Of a stretch of DNA of 64,000 nucleotides, positions 59,876 to 64,000 are shown piece after piece. The stretch's first letter is position 1; each line of letters opens with the position of its first letter. Location: contig JAUSBY010000015.1 of NCBI GenBank assembly GCA_030651765.1, positions 74,043 to 138,042 of the forward strand, in the 5' to 3' direction. Made by a program: the position numbers and the translations under genes. The DNA is from Coriobacteriia bacterium (GTDB lineage Bacteria; Actinomycetota; Coriobacteriia; Anaerosomatales; Anaerosomataceae). The notes under the pieces are model-generated. The model was not told the DNA's origin. It was given only the letters and a program-made list of their open reading frames with translations, and ran no database searches.

Positions 59876-61225
59876 CTACCGGAACATCTTCAGCATCTCG
59901 CGGGTGCGCTTGAACGCGAGCGGGATGCCGCCGACGATCCACCAGTACAGCACGTACGTGAGCCGTTTCATGACGATCGCCGGGAAGCCCGTAAGGTTGC
60001 GGCCGTTCAGCATCCAGCCGGCGCCCCAGGTTGGCCCCACGCTCACGAACTCCCCGTGCATGTTCGGGACGAATGGCTTGGGCTGGCCGCCTCGTGCCTC
60101 GGCGAGGATGTTCTCGGCACAGTGCTCGGCCTGGTGGATAGCGAACTGGGCGAGCATCGGCAGCGTGCGGTTGCCCTTCGGGTCCCTGAACGCCGAAACG
60201 TCGCCGATGATGTAGACGTCGCTGTGGCTGGGGGCCTTGTTGAACTCGTCGACGACGAGGCGACCTGAAGGATCCGCAGCGAGCCCCCACGCCACGGCGT
60301 CGGGGTCGGGTTTCGCGCCGCCGCAGAAGCAGAGTACCGGCGCCGGCAGCTCGCGTCCGTCGGCAAGGTGGATGACGCCCTCTTCCACGCGCTCAACCAT
60401 CGAGCCGAGGTGCAGTACGATGCCCAGCTTGTCGAGCCGCTTCCTGACCTTCGCGCGGAGCGTCTCGGGCAGGTCGTAGAGGATGTCCGGCCGGCCCTCG
60501 ACGAGGTGGACCGACAGGTCCGCCGGGTCCAGCCCGAAGTCGAGCGCGCGTTTGGGAAGCATCTGGCCGAGTGTGCCGACGATCTCCATCCCGGTCGCGC
60601 CGGCCCCAACGACGACGAACGAGAGCGCCCGGCGGCGCTCGGTCCGGTCGGCGAGCACGATGGCGGCCCGGAACTGCGCCTCTATGCGGCGCTGAAGTTC
60701 CTGCGCGTCGTCGACCGACCACATGGTGACCGCGTGCTCGGCCAGCCCGTGCACCGGCGGCACGAAGGCCACAGCGCCGGTGGCGATCGCGAGCCGCCAG
60801 TAGGGGACCTCCTCGGCGGAGCTCCCCCGTGGACCGATGGTCACGAGGCTCTCGTCGGCACGCACCTTGTCGATACGGTTGTAGCAGATGGTCACCGGCA
60901 GGTCCTTGAACACGTTGGGATGCCACAACTCGCAGAAGTCCGGTCGCGGAGGGCCGACGGCGACGAGGTCGAGTTCGGAGAGCGCCTGCTGACACGGGTT
61001 GGGTTCGACGAGCAGTATCTCGAGGTCATCACCGGGCTTGAGTCCGCGGGCGAGCTTCACGGCGAGCGTGGTGCCGGCGTACCCGCCTCCCGCGATCACG
61101 ATGCGGCGGCCGACGCCGGGTGTGATGTTCGGTCCTGCCGATGAGTTCTGCACGAATCTCCTTCCGAGAGTCCTGTATCCAGGGTACCCGAACACGAGGT
61201 CGTCCAGCGGACGAACGTGAAGCAA
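59876..61225 (-). CDS. type II NADH dehydrogenase (NDH-2)-like FAD-dependent oxidoreductase
   Basis: Two dinucleotide folds: RIVIAGGGYAGTTLA and FVVVGAGATGMEIVG. Also DVYIIGDV and a C-terminal amphipathic/membrane segment. Start codon uncertain. Confidence 0.8.
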   Translation of the reverse strand: MLHVRPLDDLVFGYPGYRTLGRRFVQNSSAGPNITPGVGRRIVIAGGGYAGTTLAVKLARGLKPGDDLEILLVEPNPCQQALSELDLVAVGPPRPDFCELWHPNVFKDLPVTICYNRIDKVRADESLVTIGPRGSSAEEVPYWRLAIATGAVAFVPPVHGLAEHAVTMWSVDDAQELQRRIEAQFRAAIVLADRTERRRALSFVVVGAGATGMEIVGTLGQMLPKRALDFGLDPADLSVHLVEGRPDILYDLPETLRAKVRKRLDKLGIVLHLGSMVERVEEGVIHLADGRELPAPVLCFCGGAKPDPDAVAWGLAADPSGRLVVDEFNKAPSHSDVYIIGDVSAFRDPKGNRTLPMLAQFAIHQAEHCAENILAEARGGQPKPFVPNMHGEFVSVGPTWGAGWMLNGRNLTGFPAIVMKRLTYVLYWWIVGGIPLAFKRTREMLKMFR

Positions 61226-61255
61226 TCCACGTTCGCCGCGGCATGCTCGTCGGTG

Positions 61256-62359
61256 TCAGAACCTGCGCACCTCACGGTAGAGGGTGTCGCGCTGCACGGG
61301 CGTGAACCCGGCGTCGCCCACGATGCGTACGAGTTCGTCGCGGGCAAGCATGAACCGCGTGCCGGCGGCTGCCACGACGTTCTCCTCGATCATCGTCGAG
61401 CCCATGTCGTTAGCACCGAAGGAGAGTGCGACCTGACCGATCTTCGGGCCCTGGGTGACCCACGACGCCTGGATGTTCCGCACGCTGTCGAGGAACAGCC
61501 GCGACACCGCGAGCATGCGCAGGTACTCCCAGCCGCTCGCCGCGACGCCGCCCTGCTCGCCTTCCAGCGCGGTGTTGCCGGGCTGGAAGCTCCACGGGAT
61601 GAAGGCGCGGAAACCCACCTGCTCGGCGGCGACGGCTTCGTCGTGCACCTCGCGCACGCGAAGCAGGTGCTCCATGCGCTCTTCGTCGGTCTCCAGACCG
61701 CCGAACATCATGGTCGCGGTAGTTGAGATGCCGAGTGCGTGCGCCTCGCGCATGACGTCGAGCCACTGCCGGGCGGTGGCCTTGTGGGGCGAGACGTAGG
61801 CACGGACGCGGTCCACAAGGATCTCGGCTCCGCCACCGGGAAGCGAATCGAGGCCCGCGTCGCGCAGCCGCACGAGCACGTCGCGCACGGGCAGCTCCGA
61901 GAGCCGTGCGAGGTGCCAGACCTCGGGCGGGCCGAAGCCGTGCACGTGGATCGGGTAGCGGCGCTTGAGTTCCCGGAGCATCTCTTCGTACCACTCCAGC
62001 GGTAGTTCGGGGTGCATCCCGCCCTGGAGCAGGATCGCGGTACCTTCGAGCGCGAGGGTCTCCTCGACCTTGGCGTACAGTTCGTCGGCGGGAAGCACGT
62101 ACGCGTCCGGTGCGTCCGCCTCGCGGTAGAAGGCGCAGAAGCGGCAGCGCGAGACGCACACGTTGGTGTAGTTCACGTTGCGGTCCACGATGAACGTGAT
62201 CTCGCCTTCGGGATGCAGCCGGTCGCGCATGGCAGTGGCCGCGGCGCCGAGCTCGAGCATCGGCGCGCCGCGGAGCAGCCCCACCGCCTCATCGGCCGAG
62301 AGACGCCGCTCACCGCGCGCCGCCGAGAAGGCGAGCGTCGTCAGATCGGCCGAGCTCAC
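61256..62359 (-). CDS. futalosine-pathway radical SAM enzyme (MqnC/MqnE family, paralog 1)
   Basis: NYTNVCVSRCRFCAFY (CxxxCxxC), GGMHPELP, LPGGGAEIL, TTATMMFGGLET, and FIPWSFQPGNT. I cannot distinguish MqnC from MqnE by eye. Confidence 0.8.
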   Translation of the reverse strand: MSSADLTTLAFSAARGERRLSADEAVGLLRGAPMLELGAAATAMRDRLHPEGEITFIVDRNVNYTNVCVSRCRFCAFYREADAPDAYVLPADELYAKVEETLALEGTAILLQGGMHPELPLEWYEEMLRELKRRYPIHVHGFGPPEVWHLARLSELPVRDVLVRLRDAGLDSLPGGGAEILVDRVRAYVSPHKATARQWLDVMREAHALGISTTATMMFGGLETDEERMEHLLRVREVHDEAVAAEQVGFRAFIPWSFQPGNTALEGEQGGVAASGWEYLRMLAVSRLFLDSVRNIQASWVTQGPKIGQVALSFGANDMGSTMIEENVVAAAGTRFMLARDELVRIVGDAGFTPVQRDTLYREVRRF

Positions 62360-63195
62360 CGCGACTCACCCCAGACCGTCAGGTCCGGAACGCGGCCGAG
62401 CTGGCCGACGGCGGTCGCCTCCGCCAGGTACCGCAACAGGCCCTCTCGGTAGCGGGGCCCGAAACGGAACTGCAGGGCATCGAAGTAGCTTCGGAAGTGC
62501 GCGGCGGGAAACGCCTCCCACCGTGCCGCATACTCGCTGACATCGTCGAGATGCGCGCGGCAGTACGCGAGCGAGCCGTTGAGCGCGTCGTTGACCGCGG
62601 CAACCGCGTCCGGCTGCTCCTCGGCAAACGAGCGACGCACCGCCCAGACGGCGTAGACCATCGGCAGACCGGTCCACGAACTCCATTCGGCACCAAGGTC
62701 GTAGACGTGCAGGCCAGCGGGGGGCTCCCAGTACGCGCGCAGCGCCTCGTCGCCGATGAGCAGCGCCGCGTCGGCCTCGCGGAGCATCGCAGGCAGATCG
62801 GGTGGCATCTCGACATAGGTCGTCGATGCGTCCCAACGGCGCTCCAGCAGGACGCGGCAGAGCACCTGCGAGGTCCGCGAGGTGTCGGTGAGCGCGACGG
62901 TGGCGCCAGACAGCGCCTCGGCAGGACGCTTGGTCACGAGCAGGATGGACTGCACCTCGCCGTCGGAGGAGATGGCGATGTCGGGCAGCAGCACGAGTTC
63001 CCCGGCATGGCGGGCGTACTCGATCGCCGGAATGGGCGCGATGTCGAGCGTGCCGGCGAGGATGTCGGCTGCCAGTTCGCGCGGCGCCGCCTTGACGAGA
63101 TCGACGTCGAGCAGGTGGTCGCCGCTCTTCACGAGCCCGTAGTACAGGGGCAGGCAGTTCAGGAACTGGATATGGCCGAGGCGCGGGCGGGCCAT
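62356..63195 (-). CDS. mqnA: chorismate dehydratase MqnA
   Basis: RLGHIQFLNCLPLYYGL N-terminus and IAPIPAIEY are typical of MqnA (VitK2_biosynth fold). 4-nt overlap with the downstream gene. Confidence 0.8.
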   Translation of the reverse strand: MARPRLGHIQFLNCLPLYYGLVKSGDHLLDVDLVKAAPRELAADILAGTLDIAPIPAIEYARHAGELVLLPDIAISSDGEVQSILLVTKRPAEALSGATVALTDTSRTSQVLCRVLLERRWDASTTYVEMPPDLPAMLREADAALLIGDEALRAYWEPPAGLHVYDLGAEWSSWTGLPMVYAVWAVRRSFAEEQPDAVAAVNDALNGSLAYCRAHLDDVSEYAARWEAFPAAHFRSYFDALQFRFGPRYREGLLRYLAEATAVGQLGRVPDLTVWGESR

Positions 63196-63199
63196 GGCA

Positions 63200-64000
63200 C
63201 TACGCGCCCGGCTGGTCGTATGTGTGGATCACGCGGTAGAGCGTGTCGCGCTCCACGGGCGTGTGTCCGGTCTCGACGATCATGCGCACGAGCTCGTCTT
63301 TGGACAGCGCCTCAGGAGTGCTCGCGCCGGCCATGTGCGTGATCCGCTCTTCGACCACCGTGCCATCGATGTCGTCCACGCCAAAGACGGTGGACAGTTG
63401 CGCCACCTTGAGGCCCACCATGATCCAGAACGCCTTGATATGCCCGATGTTGTCGAGCATAAGGCGCGAGATGGCGAGCGTCTTGAGATCATCGTAGCCG
63501 GTGGTGCCGGGGAGCGCCGAGAGCTCGGTGTTGAGCGGATGGAACGCAAGCGGGATGAACGCCAGGAAGCCGCCGCTTGCGTCTTGCTGCTCGCGCAGCC
63601 GGATAAGGTGGTCGACCCGCTCCTCGAGCGTCTCGATGTGGCCGTAGAGCATGGTGCAGTTGGTCTTGATGCCGAGCGAGTGGGCCTCCCCGTGGATGCG
63701 GAGCCAGTCGTCCGGCGATGTCTTCTTGTCCCAGGCCGCTGCGCGCGTACGCTCGGAGAATATCTCGGCGCCGCCGCCGGGAAGCGCGTCCAGGCCGGCG
63801 TCCTTGAGCTGCTGCAGCACCTCACGTGTGGAAAGCCCGCTGATCTTGGCATAGAACTCGATCTCCACCGCGGTGAATGCCTGGATGATCACGTGCGAGG
63901 GGAGCACCTGGCGCAGGCGCCTGACCATGTCCACGTAGAACTCGAACGGCCAGTCGGGGTGCAGCCCGCCGACGATGTGGACCTCGTGAGCGCCTTCGGG
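63200..64000 (-). CDS. futalosine-pathway radical SAM enzyme (MqnE/MqnC family, paralog 2), 5' end beyond window
   Basis: The frame is open to the window end (..HEVHIVGGLHPDWPFEFY..). LPGGGAEIF, NCTMLYGHIET, FIPLAFHPLNT and HIKAFWIMVG present. Confidence 0.8.
   Translation of the reverse strand, partial: PEGAHEVHIVGGLHPDWPFEFYVDMVRRLRQVLPSHVIIQAFTAVEIEFYAKISGLSTREVLQQLKDAGLDALPGGGAEIFSERTRAAAWDKKTSPDDWLRIHGEAHSLGIKTNCTMLYGHIETLEERVDHLIRLREQQDASGGFLAFIPLAFHPLNTELSALPGTTGYDDLKTLAISRLMLDNIGHIKAFWIMVGLKVAQLSTVFGVDDIDGTVVEERITHMAGASTPEALSKDELVRMIVETGHTPVERDTLYRVIHTYDQPGA

Noticed and set aside
1-64000. Scan for tRNA, rRNA, CRISPR arrays, IS elements or transposases
   Set aside because: Intergenic regions are short. 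None shows a tRNA-like T-arm (GGTTCGAATCC type), rRNA-like sequence, regularly spaced repeats, or a DDE or serine/tyrosine recombinase motif.

Overview
High-G+C bacterial chromosome segment (spot counts of single 60-nt lines give about 65-70% G+C) with roughly 70 genes. Gene content looks Gram-positive or Actinomycetota-like: lgt, futalosine-route menaquinone genes, CDP-alcohol and acyltransferase lipid genes. I cannot place the taxon further. Layout: (1) 0-6.7 kb holds a secreted M6 protease, a PatB-like lyase and a secreted 12-heme cytochrome. (2) 6.7-21.5 kb is a toxin-antitoxin and defence island. It contains a PIN/AbrB pair and an XRE antitoxin next to a shortened RelE-like toxin. One intact and two decayed copies of an HNH endonuclease gene bracket a membrane zinc-finger protein plus a HelD-like helicase, and a frameshifted NYN gene. 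Next comes a visibly lower-G+C four-gene cassette at 14389-19009: a nuclease-like wHTH protein, a Ser/Thr kinase, a 416-aa orphan, and a retron-type reverse transcriptase fused to a trypsin-like protease. This cassette is my top candidate for an undescribed system. The island ends with a DUF2075 ATPase-MazG operon that has an SOS-box-like palindrome upstream. (3) 21.5-30.2 kb is a catabolic block (IclR, ThrC-like PLP enzyme, amino-acid ABC transporter, KdgK, Eda, RidA) bracketed by a ~320-bp direct repeat of the DUF2075 5' end. (4) The remainder is housekeeping: PEP-utilising enzyme, Lgt, S8 protease, lipid genes, RelBE, a cobalamin riboswitch with a Btu-like transporter and CobO, a glutaredoxin plus FTR-Rieske fusion, SPFH/NfeD, and mqn genes. 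I recognised no rRNA, tRNA, CRISPR array, integrase or transposase. All calls come from reading motifs in the supplied translations; no database search was run.
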